A stretch of DNA of 64,000 bases from Vicugna vicugna (lineage: Eukaryota). The notes beneath the pieces were generated by a model. The model did no database searches. It saw only the letters and a program-made list of their open reading frames with translations, and was not told the origin of the DNA. This document shows positions 8,223 to 21,404 of this stretch, one piece after another (positions within the stretch are counted from its first letter, which is position 1; the number at the start of each line of letters is the position of its first letter). The stretch spans positions 124,001 to 188,000 of the forward strand of contig MU058557.1 of assembly GCA_013265495.1 (NCBI GenBank), written 5' to 3'. The translations under genes were made by a program, and so were the position numbers.

Positions 8223-11204
8223 CTGCAAGGGAGGAACACCGCACGGTGAGACCAGCCAAGGCTGTTCTGAGACTCCCATCAAGGCCATTCGGGGCCAAGG
8301 GTTGGCCTGCTCCCAGGGGTCACCGAGACTGGCTGCTCTTGCAGGGGGTGGCCACATGCCCTCCTGCAGTGCTGGGAGCGAGCCCAGGGGCCGGGCACAC
8401 ACGCAGATGAGCGCACACAGGGGCTGCCGGCTGCAGCTCCAAGGCGAGCTCAGCACGGGATGGGTCTTCCCCTCTGCGAACAGTGGTGCGCAGCGGGCGC
8501 CTGGGGCTGGCAGGCCGCAGTCCTGGTGGAGGAGCCGAAGAAGGTGCCGTCAGGAGGCTGGCGGAGCACGGCCAGCTGGGCAAATGGACGAAAGCAGCTT
8601 GGTTTCGATCCATCAGGCTTTTTGTTACGAGATGTTGCAGGGTCAGGGCCGTTGTTCCCAGCCCCCCAGGGGCAGCACCTATGTGACCATGGGCCAGTCA
8701 CAACCAGGACACTGACATCAACGCAGTGCAGACACTCACGCCGGGGCCACAGGCTGTCTCAGAGCATCTCTCCTTTCAGGAGGAGGCCCTGGCCGCACTG
8801 CCGGCGCAAGTGTCCCTTGCTGTGTGCTCCATGGTCAGCAAGGGGGAGACGGAGGGACCTTCGCTCACAGAGCCCAGACGAGGCCCAGAGTGCAGCCAGG
8901 CTTAGGGGGAGGCCCACAGGGCGGCTTCCTGGTGGCAGCCGTGTCACGTCCACACTCAGCCTTTGTTGCTCTTGGTGGCAACCAACTTCCAGACCCAGGA
9001 TGCAACCCTCACAGCGTCGGGGAGCCCAAGGGGACCCCGGTGTTGCGGGATCAAGTGGGGCTGGGCGTGGCTGCAAGTCACCAAGGAAACACCTGCCCCC
9101 TCACCACAGGGAAGGTCAGAGCCCCTAGGCTCCACAGACGGCGCTGGGCTGGGGGCTCAGGGGGAGAAGCCCTGCTCGGCAAACTAGCAGGGCAGACCCA
9201 GGGGCTGGGTCCCGGGGGCTGCTCCGAGGGGAGACACGTCGTGACGCCTGCAGGACCAGTGCAGGTGGGGCTTTCAGCGTCAGGGGTGGGCTCCTTCCTA
9301 GGGGGCAGCTGGGCACCTGGGGTCCTGCACCTCCTGGCATCCGTGGTCTGTGGGCCACGACCAGCCCCCAGTGACTGCCAGGCAACTGAGTCCAGAGCCT
9401 CAAGCACAGGCCGCTGTGGCCCTTGGCCCTACCTGTCCCCCGCACTTGTCCCCCCACACCACGCTCGCTCCTGGCCGGCCTTCGCGGGCGTTGACTTTTG
9501 ATTTCTCACACGTTAAAGGCAGGGGTGCGGCTTCACTCGCTGGCAAGGGCCCGGGCTCCAGGAGGTGTGGGAAGATAGGAGGTCGAGCCCACACCGACCC
9601 CTCCTCCCACCATGGCCCAGGAGGTGGTGGGGCTTCCCTGGGGCTCCCAAGACCAGAGGTGCGCCTCCCACCAGGCACCCAGGGCCGCCGGGGAAGTAAG
9701 GTCCCGCTGACGTCCCCACAGGGCCTCTCCCAGTTCCCAACGGGTGTGGCCATCCACAGGCCCCTCACCCTCAGCCCCACGGGGCCCCGGGAGGATGCCA
9801 GTCCCTGGAGTAGGGCCCTGGTGCTGCTGCACCCGCGGCAGGGGCATGGGCCGCTCACAGGCCCCGGAGAGGCCATGCCAGGAGACCCCTGGGCAGCAGC
9901 AGCCGGCTCCTGGTAGGCGGGAGGCCACAGGGTGGAGCTCCACGGCTGCACACAGGACGAAGCCAGATGCACCTGAACAGATGGGAACCACGCTTCCCAG
10001 TGAGCCCCCTGCCACGCGGCTTCCCATCAGCCTGGCACAGTGCCCCCTAGTCTGGAAGGAACCCCCAGGGGACAAAGAGCAAAATCCACCAACGGGAGGA
10101 AGCAGGTGCCCGTGTGCACGTCTGAGACATGTGTACATAACAGGACACGTGCACACCAGCCAAGACCCGACGGACGTGGAAGAAAACTAGACGGGACTCA
10201 GGGACGTCAGGCGTCCCACAGCGAAGAGGTGCCGTGAGAGCAGAGGCGGGGTGCCCCCAGACGCAGGAGAGCCCCCACTGTGGGCACGAGAGCCACGGCC
10301 CCAGACCAGGCAGGTCCCAGGCAAGCCCCGAGGGAGACGGGGCCCCAAGAACCCCTGGCAGTGGCTGCAGGCCGGCACCAGGCAGGGATGACCGGCCTCT
10401 TCACGGAGGAGTAAAGGCTGGACGAGAACAAGGCACTAAGGCGGCCCCGCAGCCAACCAGTCGGGCAGTTCAGCCGTCAGGCCTGTTTCATGGAAATTTC
10501 GTGACGAGTCAGCAGAAAGCGGTGACGAAGCCATGCAGGGAGCACGGGACAGGGAGGCAGCAGTCGCCCCACAGTCTGAAGGAAGTCCTTAGAAACAAGG
10601 ACACAGACTGAAGGCAGCAGGGGAGGTGAGTGTCCACGCCTGCACAGCCTCTGGGTGCGGGACCCCTGCACCCCGCAGGGGCTCTGACACCAGTCAACCC
10701 ACCTGCCGGAGCGCAGCCGCAGCTCGGGGCCCAAGCAGCACACAGCGGGGACACAGGCTCCTCCACGCGGCCCCCGAAGGGCCCAGCGCGCTGCCGGTCA
10801 CCCCCAGCAGGTGAAGCTCAGGCCTCACCCTAGAACCGTGCCCCAGCCAGACGCCACAGGCCTCCAGTCACCACGGGCCCACGCTGCTGTCTGCACTGCT
10901 TGGGAGGGGTCAAGCCCACCTGCGTGCCCCCGTGCACGGCGGCCTCACTGACGTGCCCCCCACTTGCAGAGGTCGGTGACATAGCCAGGTTCATTCGAAC
11001 AAGTTTTTCGTAGAGGAAAAGTGCTTTTAAAAAGTTACGAAAACAAATGCCAAAAGGAAACAAAATCTCCATGGAGTTGCCAGGGAGGGCCTGGAGACCC
11101 GTCCTGTCGGGGTCCCAGGGCTGCTGCCCAGACAAAACTTCCAGAGCCACCACCCCTCCTGCCAGCCTCCCTGCCTGGGGCTGCTGAGGGGCCTGCCCAC
11201 CTAC

Positions 11205-11322
11205 CTTCCTTCAGCAAGTCGGTGATGTCTGCCTGGTACCGGTTCCCTACACGAATCTCTCCCTTGTCAGCCAGGAGGGTCTTCTGCTGGGGGTCGTAGA
11301 CTAGAGAATAGAAGAAGAAGTC
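11205..11322 (-). CDS. MTA1: MTA1 exon 7 ([39 protein letters not shown]), 118 nt
   Basis: AG/GT boundaries; BAH end and ELM2 start. Confidence 0.97.
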
Positions 11323-13554
11323 CTGGAAAACAGCACAGAGGCAGCGTCAGCATGCGCGGGGCCTGGCCCAGAGCCCCGGGGGCGAGGCCCCGCCTCCGCG
11401 CTCCCGGGGGCGGGGGGGGGGCGTCAGCGCAACAGGAGGACACGCACACGGGAGAACTGACAACCACGCAGGACAGTCACCTGCCCAGAGACGCAGAGCT
11501 CACAGCCCTCCAGAGGGCAGCGCCGTGGAGACAACACCCCGCTCACAGCCCTCCCGGCAGCAGCAACAGTTTGAAAATTTAGTTTATAAAAGCATTCAAT
11601 AGCGACAAAAACCCTAAGGCATCTAGGGACAAAGCCAACAGATTCTGGGCATGTCCTTGGAGGAGATGGTGCAGTTTTCGCGTGGTTGTCACAGGCGACG
11701 TACACAAGGGTACAGAATGTTCTGGACTCGATGCCCTGAGCTGTCAGCCAAGTGGCCGCCTCTGCCTCCACGCCTGTCTGCACCGACCCGCCAGCTCCCA
11801 GGCCGTCCCGGCTGGAATCTGCTCAGTCGGCCTTCCTGGCCTTTGCCGCCCCGCACCCGAGTCCCACATGCTCAGTCGTGTTTCCTGGAAACTGCCTTCC
11901 GCCAGTTTGAACTGTTTTTGAGCCAGCCCGCCGACCCAGGCCTTCCAGAGGGTCTCGCCATGTGCACTCCGGGGTCACAGTGCCTGCGTCCCCACTTCAC
12001 CCTCCTTGACTCCCTGGCAGGTGCCCGAGGCCCTTGCCCCACCCTCCTCTGCTCCTTCAAACCTGCCTCCTCAGTGCCTACCGCAAGGAGCTTCCTGCAC
12101 TCCCCAGGTGGCCAGTGGGTGGCGCCCGTGCCTGTGTCCAGTGTGGGCTGCAGCTGCGCCTGGGGACCACCTGAGAATAGTCAGTTCTCGCCTGGGGCCG
12201 CTCAGACCCAAGAGGGAAGGTTTTCTCACTGTGTAAGGGCGGTTAGCTTCTTAGACAGCTGAGAGGAGACAAGCTAAAAATGTCCCAACGTGCGCACCCT
12301 GGAGACACACACAGGCCCCCGAGTGTGGCCCGCGCACTTGCTGGAGAGAAACCAGTTCACAGCTGACCTTTCTGTTCACAGACATTCCTCCATGTCACTT
12401 CCTCTGTGCGGCTGTCACTCAGGGGTTTTTCTGAACTGCAGACAGCACCCCACTGCCAGTGGAAACAAGCCTGGAGGCCACGGCCCCCACCCCTGCCCCG
12501 CTGCTCCCCTGGGCCCGGAGGTGCCCCGCTGGCTCCCCAGGGCTGACTCCAGCTCTCGACTCTGAGTCCAGCCTCGGTGAGACCTCAGCAACGGCTGCCC
12601 TCCCTGCACTGCTGCGTCCACGTCCAGCCTGCCCCCTCACCCTGCTGGGCCCCTGGGACGAGCGGGCTCTGCCTGGGGACAGGGGGCTGTGGCTGAGAAC
12701 AAGTCCCACCTACAGGTGGTGAGACTCCTTTGTAGAGCTGAGGAGCAGCTGCAGGCATGTCCCCTCGGAGCCCTCAGTGCACAGGGACACACAGGGAGGG
12801 GACCCTGGCCCCATGACCACGCCCTATCTGACCCCAGGAGTCCCCTTGTGCTGCGACCTGTCCCCCTTGGTAATGCTTATGCCCAGCTGCTCACGACCTC
12901 AGAGCATGTGACCCTGCCACCCCACAGGCCACCTGCCAGAGTCTCAGAACAGGGTGACGCTCCCAGGACACACACATCATCTGGAGACGTTTTTGGTTGT
13001 CACAGCTCAGGAGAGGGGCGCTGGGCGGGCAGCCCACAAAAAGAACCACCGGCCCTGGGTGTCACCACAGGCTGGGACTGAGAGGCTCCTCTCCCGTCCT
13101 TGCCTAGGGGACGAGGTCGGCCCCGTGGCCCCAAGCCCGTGGCACCACTGACATCTCTGATTTTATCAACTTAGAAACTCTCTGGTCGAGCGGCTAGCAT
13201 GGTTCTGGGTGGACACACTGAGGACTTGAGGAGGTGGCCTGGACCGCTGTTCGACCACACGCCCGCTGGGAGAGCCCTGATGGTGGCCACGGTGGCCAGC
13301 ACGGGTCCTTGTCACTCCCCCCAGGACAAGCCGTGCCCCTCCTGGACCCCCGGGGGAGGAAACAGACCCCCAGGAGCCACCATACCCGCTGTGGGCCCTC
13401 ACTCTGGAGGCGCGAGGAGTGCGGGCCGCGCAGGGCACGGGCTGGGGTGTGCCTGAGCGCAGAGTGAGGTGAGAGCAGACGCCCCCACTCAGACCCACAG
13501 AGGCCGTGACCCAGCTCCTGCCTCCGCCCGCTGGGATGCCAGGGCCAGCCTCAC

Positions 13555-13618
13555 CTCCCGCTCCAGGTAGGACTTGAGTGACTCGGTCTCGTTCAGCAAA
13601 GTGACGCTGCATTTCCCT
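13555..13618 (-). CDS. MTA1: MTA1 exon 6 ([21 protein letters not shown]), 64 nt
   Basis: AG/GT boundaries; BAH. Confidence 0.96.
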
Positions 13619-13688
13619 CTGCAAGAAAAGGACAGGTGCATCAGAGGAGGCGGGCAGACCCCTCACGCCGGCCCCGGGCTCTGGGTAC

Positions 13689-13815
13689 CTGATGTGGGTG
13701 GCGGGCAGCGACTCCAGCTGCCTCGACAGGAACAGCTCCCGATGCCTCAGCTGGTGCTTAAGCTTCTCGGGCAAGTCGACCATTTCCGGGTTCTCCATCT
13801 CCTCCTCTATTTCTC
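13689..13815 (-). CDS. MTA1: MTA1 exon 5 ([43 protein letters not shown]), 127 nt
   Basis: AG/GT boundaries; BAH. Confidence 0.97.
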
Positions 13816-14202
13816 CTGAAGGACAAAGCGCTCCTATGAGCCAGTCCTGAAGTCTCACACTCAGGCCACCAGACAAAGGCTCCCCAGCCGGCTGCATGGC
13901 CCCTCCCCCTGCGGGACCCGGCACACATGCTGGTGCCAATGTGTCTGTCCCAGCCCAGCCACCCCAACGCTGAGCATCCCTAAGTCCCAGGGCCCCTGAA
14001 TAAGGACAGCACTGTGCTGGCCTGGGAAGAGCAGGCAAGAGGAAGGAGGGAGAGCCAGAAGGCAGTGCTGCACGCCCAGTGCCCGAGGCCACCTTATGCT
14101 CTGCCCACAGTTCCCCGCGCCAGCAGGCCCAGCGTGCAGGCAGTGGCACATACCCCACCTGGCGCTGTATACCAGGCCCCTCCAGCAGAGGGCGGCTCTT
14201 AC

Positions 14203-14253
14203 CTTCCTCGCCGTTGTCGGCCCCCGGTCCCGGTTTATAGCAGACTGACAGGG
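14203..14253 (-). CDS. MTA1: MTA1 exon 4 ([17 protein letters not shown]), 51-nt symmetric cassette
   Basis: cacag|CCCTGTCAG...GAAG|gtaag; phase 1-1. Confidence 0.92.
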
Positions 14254-16966
14254 CTGTGTGACAGACAGACAGCGCCCAGACTGCGGTGAGTGACAGAGCA
14301 CACCATGCTGCTTACTCCCTGCCCGGCCTGGACCGAGAGCTGTGAGGCAGGCCTCCCAGAGCAGGGGGAGACCACCCAGCTGAAGCCGGAGAACACCTGG
14401 GCCTCTGGACATCCCGCCCTGCCGACCTCGGGCCCCTGCCCAACCCAGCCCATGAGGCCCAAGACTCTACAGACAGAACCCCAGGCAAGCCTGGGCTGCG
14501 AGACCCTGCCTCCCTGCACACAGCACACACCTGGTGCCCCAAGGCTGGGAGGGAGCCAGATCCTCCTCAGAAGTTGGGGAAGGGGGGTCCCTAGACCAGG
14601 TCTGCAGTGTGCACTTCCTGCCTGAGGATGGCACCCTGGGGGCCTTGGCCACACCTCCAGGGGTTGCGACACTGATGCCCACAGTTTGGAAAGCCTGAGA
14701 CTCAAAACTCACGTGCAGGGCTGTTGGGGGAAGCCAGCCCCAAAGCGAAACCCCATCCCGTAGCCCAGGTCCCAAAGGTGAGGGCCTGGAGTGCCGGCCC
14801 CACGCAAGCCCCACCCCTCTGGTTCCAGCCACCACGCGGCCCGTGGCCCTCTGCTGCTCCCTGGTGGTGGCTGCCGGGAGTCCTGGTGCCACTGGGCAAG
14901 CCTGCAGCCCACACTAGGGCCAGGGCGAGGGGCCTGGGGAGTCGGGGAAGGGAGGCAGTTCTGCGTCTGCTCTGGGCAGTGGGCCACAGGCACCTGAGCA
15001 TCCAGACCACTGGGCGTGTCACCTCCCTGCCCACTGCTGGGGACCTCACTGCACCATACCCAAGGACATCACCAGTGTCCTCACGCCAGCTCACGCTCGT
15101 CCTGTGACGGCACCACCGGCCCCAGCAGTACGACTGGGAACTGGGGCCAGGCAGCATGCTGGGCTGTCAGCCCCCAGAAGACCAGGAGAGCCCAGTTCCC
15201 AGCACCTGGCCTCCAGAAAGCCCTTCCTCTGGGATCCACAGTGCCATGGCCCTGGGCTCCGAGCTGGGGGCCCCCCCACAAGGCAGAGGCAGACTCTGCA
15301 CTCTCGCCCGAGCCCAGCCCAGCCCAGCCCACACACCCCAGCAGTTCTCCCGAGCCCCTGCAGCCCACTCTGGGGCTTCCAGGGAGGGCCTGTCACCTGT
15401 GCTCACTCTACCTGAGCAACATCTTGCTCTCAGGATGGCTCTGTGGGGCAGGGGGCACCTGGAGACAGAGGCCATGGCCAAGTGCACTGGGGTCTGGAGA
15501 CCCCAGTAAGGGCCTCGCTGCTTTGGGCAGTGGCGGTGGGGGGGGTCGTGTGGCCTCAGGGCATCTGGTCTACTCTAGGGGCTGGACACCTTGGCAGGGC
15601 AGGACCCCAGGCGCAGAAAAACCAGCGGCTGATCTGACCGTGCAGTGTGCTCCCCTGGGCCTCCATCCCTCCTGCTGGAAGGGCCCCAGACTGTCCTCAC
15701 ACCTGTCCTCTGATGCTGGCCTAGGCCCCGGGCAGCAGGCTGGACCAGCCTTGCCCTGGATGCGGGAGCCCACAGATGAACACACCAGCAGAGACAGCCC
15801 CCACAGAACGTGGCTCCCACAGAGATCGCTGCGGGTACAGACAGGAGACTCCGGAGGACACGGATGGACACGGATGGAGTCGCGCACTGGGACGGGGCGA
15901 GCTATAGCCTTGCAGAGTGGCAGACCCTGTGTGTACGACACTTGTTCCCTGCAGCCTGGCCTTCAGTCCACAGCGGGGAGCTTTCCGTGTGCGGAACCCC
16001 GCCGGCACCTCAGGGCCTCTGCCCGCCTGCCAGCTCCAGCACTTCAGAAAAACCTGCTCCTCAATGGGTGGGTCTCGGGGCCTGGCGCTGGCCAAGCTTA
16101 CCCATAGCCTGGCAGCAGGCAAGCCTGGGCTGTGGGTGGGGGCTGCAGCCACCCCGCATGGGGCAGGGGACATAGGTAGGCGATCCTCGGTCATCAACAC
16201 CCCTAAGACACTGGCCGCCCTGGGCCACATGGCCCAGCAGCCCCCCTCGAGGCCCCCATCAGCATCCTGGCAGCAGGGAACCATGTACCCCCAAGACCCG
16301 GCTCTTTTCCTTGGCACCCAGAGGCCAGAGTGCAGGGGTGCTGTGCACAGGCTGTATGGGGGAGACTGACAGGACACCGTGTCCCACCCCTGACGCTGCC
16401 CCTCCGGGCACAGCTGTCTGGTCCACCACTAGACACGGAGCCACGTGCACCACAGGGATGCCACTGATTAAAAGGGACACACAAAGGGCACACAGGCCAA
16501 AACCCAGAGGTGGGATGAAACCACAGGACAGACTTGGCCCACAGCTGCCCCATGACCACAGCCCTCAGGAGGGCCTCACCTGGGAGCCCATTCTACCAGG
16601 AGGCCAGACAAGGCTGGCAAAGGACCAGCCTCATATCCCATGTCCACCCTGCATGGCGCAAGGGCCTGTCCTCGGCTGGAGCAGCAGCAGCCTCACCCCT
16701 CCGCCCTGGGCACACCCTCCGTGCACCCTCCAAGGAGTGGTCCAACCAGATTGAAAAGAGTCCCCAAATTACTCTTAGGAAAAACTCAGGTGAATGACAC
16801 CAGCCCCACCTACGACAAGCACAGCTGGGGTGACTTCAGAGAAGGGAGGGAGGCCCAGGAGGCATGCACACACCTCAGGAGCCCCAGCCCAGTGGGCATC
16901 TACACCAACCCGGAGCCGAGGGGCAGGCAGCCACCCACGGAGGGGTGGGGGGAGCAGGGGGGCAGA

Positions 16967-17057
16967 CATGCTTGTCGGCCAGGGCGATGAGCGTGCTGGA
17001 GATGTCGCGCCTCCGGTAGAAGCACACCACCTTGGCCTCCACGTTCCCGCTGGCCGT
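16967..17057 (-). CDS. MTA1: MTA1 exon 3 ([30 protein letters not shown]); expected donor absent
   Basis: ttgcag|ACGGCC acceptor is clear; similarity stops at AAGCATG with no phase-1 GT. Confidence 0.9.
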
Positions 17058-20000
17058 CTGCAATGGCAAGGCAGGGTCTGAGCACACAGAGCAGGGCAGC
17101 AGCGCCCCTGGCCCAGGGACCTAGAGCCAGTCTCCCCTGCTCTCCCCAACCCGTGGACGCCCGGCAGAGCCCGACCACCAGGAAGCACAGCTGGCCCGCT
17201 CCACCTGGGGACCCGCCCTCCCTCTGGGCGCCACGGCCATGGTCCAGGACAGGGACCGCTGGCCCTGCACCCCCACGAGCAAAGCCCGGGCGCCAGACAA
17301 GACCGGGACGGAGGGGCGGCCCGGAGGGGCTCGGCCTCAGGACGGGCACCGACCTCCACGTCAGCTGCCGCCTGATGTCCAGAGGCGACTCCAGAGGCTT
17401 GGAAGAGTTCAGCAAACACAGAGAGAGAGGAAGGCCTGGGCAGCCACCCCTCGGGGAGAACACGCCCCTTCTAATGGACGGGAGTTTGCATGGTTTTAGT
17501 GACAACGCTAGGATTGCACCACGGCGCTAACCTTTGCAGAATTTAGTAGCATTTATAACATCAAATAAAATCATCTTGTGGTTTAAGAAAAGTATTATTT
17601 AACTCTAGCTACTGAATTCCACTAGACCAGGAGTCCTTCAAGAAAAAGTCTTAGGGGTTTCTCATGCCCCTTGAGCAGAAATTAAAAGCATCATCAACTC
17701 TGCTGCTTTGTGTGTTCACCACGAACGCCGCAGAGGGCTGCCTGCCGACCGCCCTCCTCGCTGTAGGCCGCGCAGGAGCAGAAAGAGAATGAAGAATTCT
17801 TCCAGAAGAAGGAAGTAACTGAAACGAATTTTATTCTCTCACTGAGCATCAAAATGAGTGACTGCAAGAGGGCCTGCATTTCCTAGTGCCTGGGAAGAAT
17901 CCGGGACACAGACCAGACTGTTAGGAGCACGGCTGGTCAGGATGGCTGTTACAGACTCGTCACCAGCTCCAGCGTTCAAGGGCAGTTAGACTTTCGCCCC
18001 AGCTGGGAATCCCAGCCCAAAAGGTGCCTCCCAGAAACGGCTCTGGAGACCGCGCGCTGTGCTCAGAGAGACGGTGACACAGCAGGAGGACCCAGCTCCG
18101 CGACAGGACACAGAGCAGCTGGGACAGTCTATGGCGGCGACCACGAGGACCCGTCACGCAGCAGCCTCGCGTCTTTAGGGCTCCGTCTGCGCTGTGAACA
18201 GGCTGGGGCCTGGCCTGTCTTTCCGGCTTGTTCTCTGCTCTGTGCAGCCTCACCCACACGGGCCCGGCTCAGGCCAGACGGAGGCCCGCCCGCGGCACCA
18301 CCACGAGGCTGGGCCAGCTCTCTGAGTGGGGTCCTCGGGCCCCCGTCGGACCGCCCAGCTGGACAGCCTGGATGTGCGTGGGGAGATGCCTTGGGACTGC
18401 CTTCCCCTGCTGTACTTTTCTGATATTCCCGGACCCAATACCCCAAACCTGACTTTCCAAAATTTGGCATCTAATTCCACAGGGCCCTTCCCAGCCACAG
18501 AGGCTTCTCGGAGCTCCCCAACCCCTCGGGTCCATTCTGGGCCTCTCCTGCCTGGCCAGTGGCCAGGGCACACGGGGCCGGGCAGGGGCTCTGACCAGGG
18601 CTGAGGGGTCACCCGCACACTGGGCCAGCAGGACTCAAGGGCCTTCCCTCCTCCCCACCCTGCACGCTTCCCCCAGTCCCTCCCTCAATTCTCACACCTC
18701 AGCCTGCCTTCTCCTGTTCTTTCTAAATGGCAATTTTCTACAGTAGTGTAAACACCTAACTTCCAAGGGGAAACGGCGCAAACGCAACATGTATGGAATC
18801 CCAGTTCCACGGAGAAGCTGGACGGTCCCTCTGCAGAAAGCCCAGGGTCCTGGGGAGGGGTCTCAAGGTGACAGACCCACCCAGCTTCACAGGAAGAGGA
18901 GCCGATGCCCACGCAAGCCCCGCAGACACCTTTACGCGCAGAACTGTCTGCACTGAGGGGAAAGGGACAGAAACTGGGGTGTCCCACCCCTTTGCCGACC
19001 CGCTCCCCTTGACTGCGCTCCCTCAGTTCTCCCTCTGTGTCATGGCCAGAACAAGGGCACCACGGCCGCCCTCAGGACACCACTCTGTGTCCTGAGACCA
19101 CCAGCCACCACGGCCCACCTGCCAGCACAACCCCACAGCAGAGACCGGGCCCTGAGCTAGCTGCCTGTGCCAACACATGTAGGTGGGTGACCGCCTGCCC
19201 CGTTCTAGCCAGGGCAAGCTACCCCCTCCCCACTCTCGGTCAAGCAGACTGTGAGCAGGACCCTGGCGAGGCACCAGGCAGGGTTCAGTTCCCAGCAGCG
19301 TGGTGGCCACACAGGAGGTCCCGGCTGCTGCCCCCAGCCCTGCTGCCTCCAAACCTGGCTCCAGGCCTTGCGGGAGCACCAGGTTCCACCAACCAGCCCC
19401 ACATCCTCAGGCTGGGGCTGGGGCCTCGGGACACAGGCACCCCCCCCCCACTCTCCTGCTCCTGGAGAGCCTGGCCAGGAGTCAGGATGCAGCTGCAGCT
19501 GAGTCTGATCTCTGGGGGATCAGCACACCATGCTGGTCCCAAGGATCAGGCCACGCTGTCTCCTTGCGGCTGCCCTCTCCCCCCGTGAGCACCTCCACCT
19601 GGAGGCCAGCAGCAGGCAGGGAGGGCCGCTCACCCTCTGGGCTGGCCCCATCTGAAGAGGAACCGCCCATTCCTGCGACCAAAGAGGCTGTCCTGAACCC
19701 ATGAGCCCCCTCCCACCACAGCCCTAGGCCCAGGCAGCCTCAGTCAGGGCACAACCCTGTTCCCCAGTACACGCACAAGTGCCTGCCAAGGACGCGCCAC
19801 AGATGCGGAGTGAGGGGGAAGCGAGGTTGGCGTGAGCAAGCAGGAAGGAGGCGGGCCAGGAGCCCCCAGCTGTGCAGACCCCGTGGGGGGCCCTCTCTGA
19901 ACACCTCGCCCTCTCACAAGGGTGAGACCACCCAGGACCCTCACAAAGGGCTTTTCGAAAAGGGGACGGTTCCAAAGAGACGCTCCTGGGATGGGAGCCG

Positions 20001-20091
20001 CTAAGTCTGAGCACACGGCAGCAGGGCTGAGGCCTCAGGCGCCCAGCTCGCGGTCACAGGGCACCCTCAGCAGGGAGAGGACCGCACGCAC

Positions 20092-20159
20092 CTTGTTGAG
20101 CTCTTCGATTCTCCGGATCAGGTAAGGGTTGCTGGAAGAGTTCTCGAAGTAGACGTAGT
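20092..20159 (-). CDS. MTA1: MTA1 exon 2 ([23 protein letters not shown]), 68 nt
   Basis: ttgcag|ACTAC...AAG|gtgcg; BAH start. Confidence 0.97.
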
Positions 20160-21404
20160 CTGCAAACAGTACAGAGAGAGAGTCAGCTGGAGGCAGGGAG
20201 CCTGCTGCCCCGCTTGAGGTGGGGACGGGCGAGAGGTGGCAAAGCCACCCACCATCCCGGGTGGGAGGTGATGTAACAGGAGCACTTCTGCAGTGCCAGG
20301 TGGCGGCCTACAGCCCTCCCCACCCAAGGGACATCTTCCCAGGCCCGCTGCTGGCCCAGAGGGTGGGCCCCAAGAGCTACACAGCCAGGGCAGGAAGGAC
20401 AGCCACAGGCACTGCCACCGCCAGCCCCAGAGACCAAGAGAGCATGGGTGCTGCCAGGCCCCTGCACCCCCAAAGAGGGAGACTGGGGGCCAGGGCTGCC
20501 CGGGGTGTCCAGGTGTGCAGGGCAACGGGGTCCCCGGGTCAGCACAAAGTCCCCACACAGAAGAACCACATGTGCTCTCCCCCCAAACCCCCCAAGGGAG
20601 GCCCAGAGTGGGAGGCTGGGGGGCTCGCCCTGGAGAGCCGGGACAACCATGCGGCCACCCATCTGTCAGCCTAGCCGCAGCCCACGGTCCCCATCAGCAG
20701 CCCTGGCGCCGGCCCCTTGCGCCCAGGTGGCCCTGCTGGAGCCGGCTGGCTGGGAGGTAGCCTTAGCTGGAGCCTGCCCAGGTGCCGCAGACAGAGCCAG
20801 ACGGTGACAAGGTATGACCCCGAGGGGTGGCAGCTCCCGAGTAGTCTCAGGAGCAGGGTGCGCGGTGCTGACCTGGTGGCGGTGGGGGCCGTGAGAACAG
20901 TCACTGAGCTGCTCGCCCCCACCAGTGGGAGCACTGCGGGCAGGTTCTACCCCAACGAAGCAGTTTTTAGGAAAAAGGTCTCAAATCAAACACCAGGCTT
21001 TCTTTCCAAGAAACTGGATGAAGAGCACATTAAACACGGAGTAACTGCTCACATGTGCCAGGATTCCCCGCAGGTAGGGGCAGACACCGAGGCAGGAGGG
21101 CGGGGGGCGGGCAGGTACACAACGGGCCTCCGTCTGCCCCAGCACGGAGCCCCGCAGCGCCTGTGAACCACGCTTCAGCGGACGAACGAAGGCAGACAGA
21201 AGGCAGGAAGGAGCAGAGCAAATGCGACGGGGCCCAGGTGGCCTGGGGGGAGGGGAGGGGCCGGGCCCAAGAGGGCACAGGACCCGGGGAAGGGGCGCGC
21301 GGGGCTGGACCGCCCTCTTGTTCGGATGGGCCGACTGTCCCACAGACACAAGGCACCACAGCTCACTCGGTGGGACCGGCACCCCGACCCCGGCCCCGAC
21401 CCCG

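Noticed and set aside
13166..14158. 330-aa minus-strand ORF
   Set aside because: Only the MTA1 exon 5 portion is real; the rest is intron read-through
15016..16107. 363-aa plus-strand ORF and similar intronic ORFs (27424-28320, 51922-52902, 50312-51181)
   Set aside because: Pro/Gly/Arg/Ala-rich with no recognisable domain; expected by chance at this GC content
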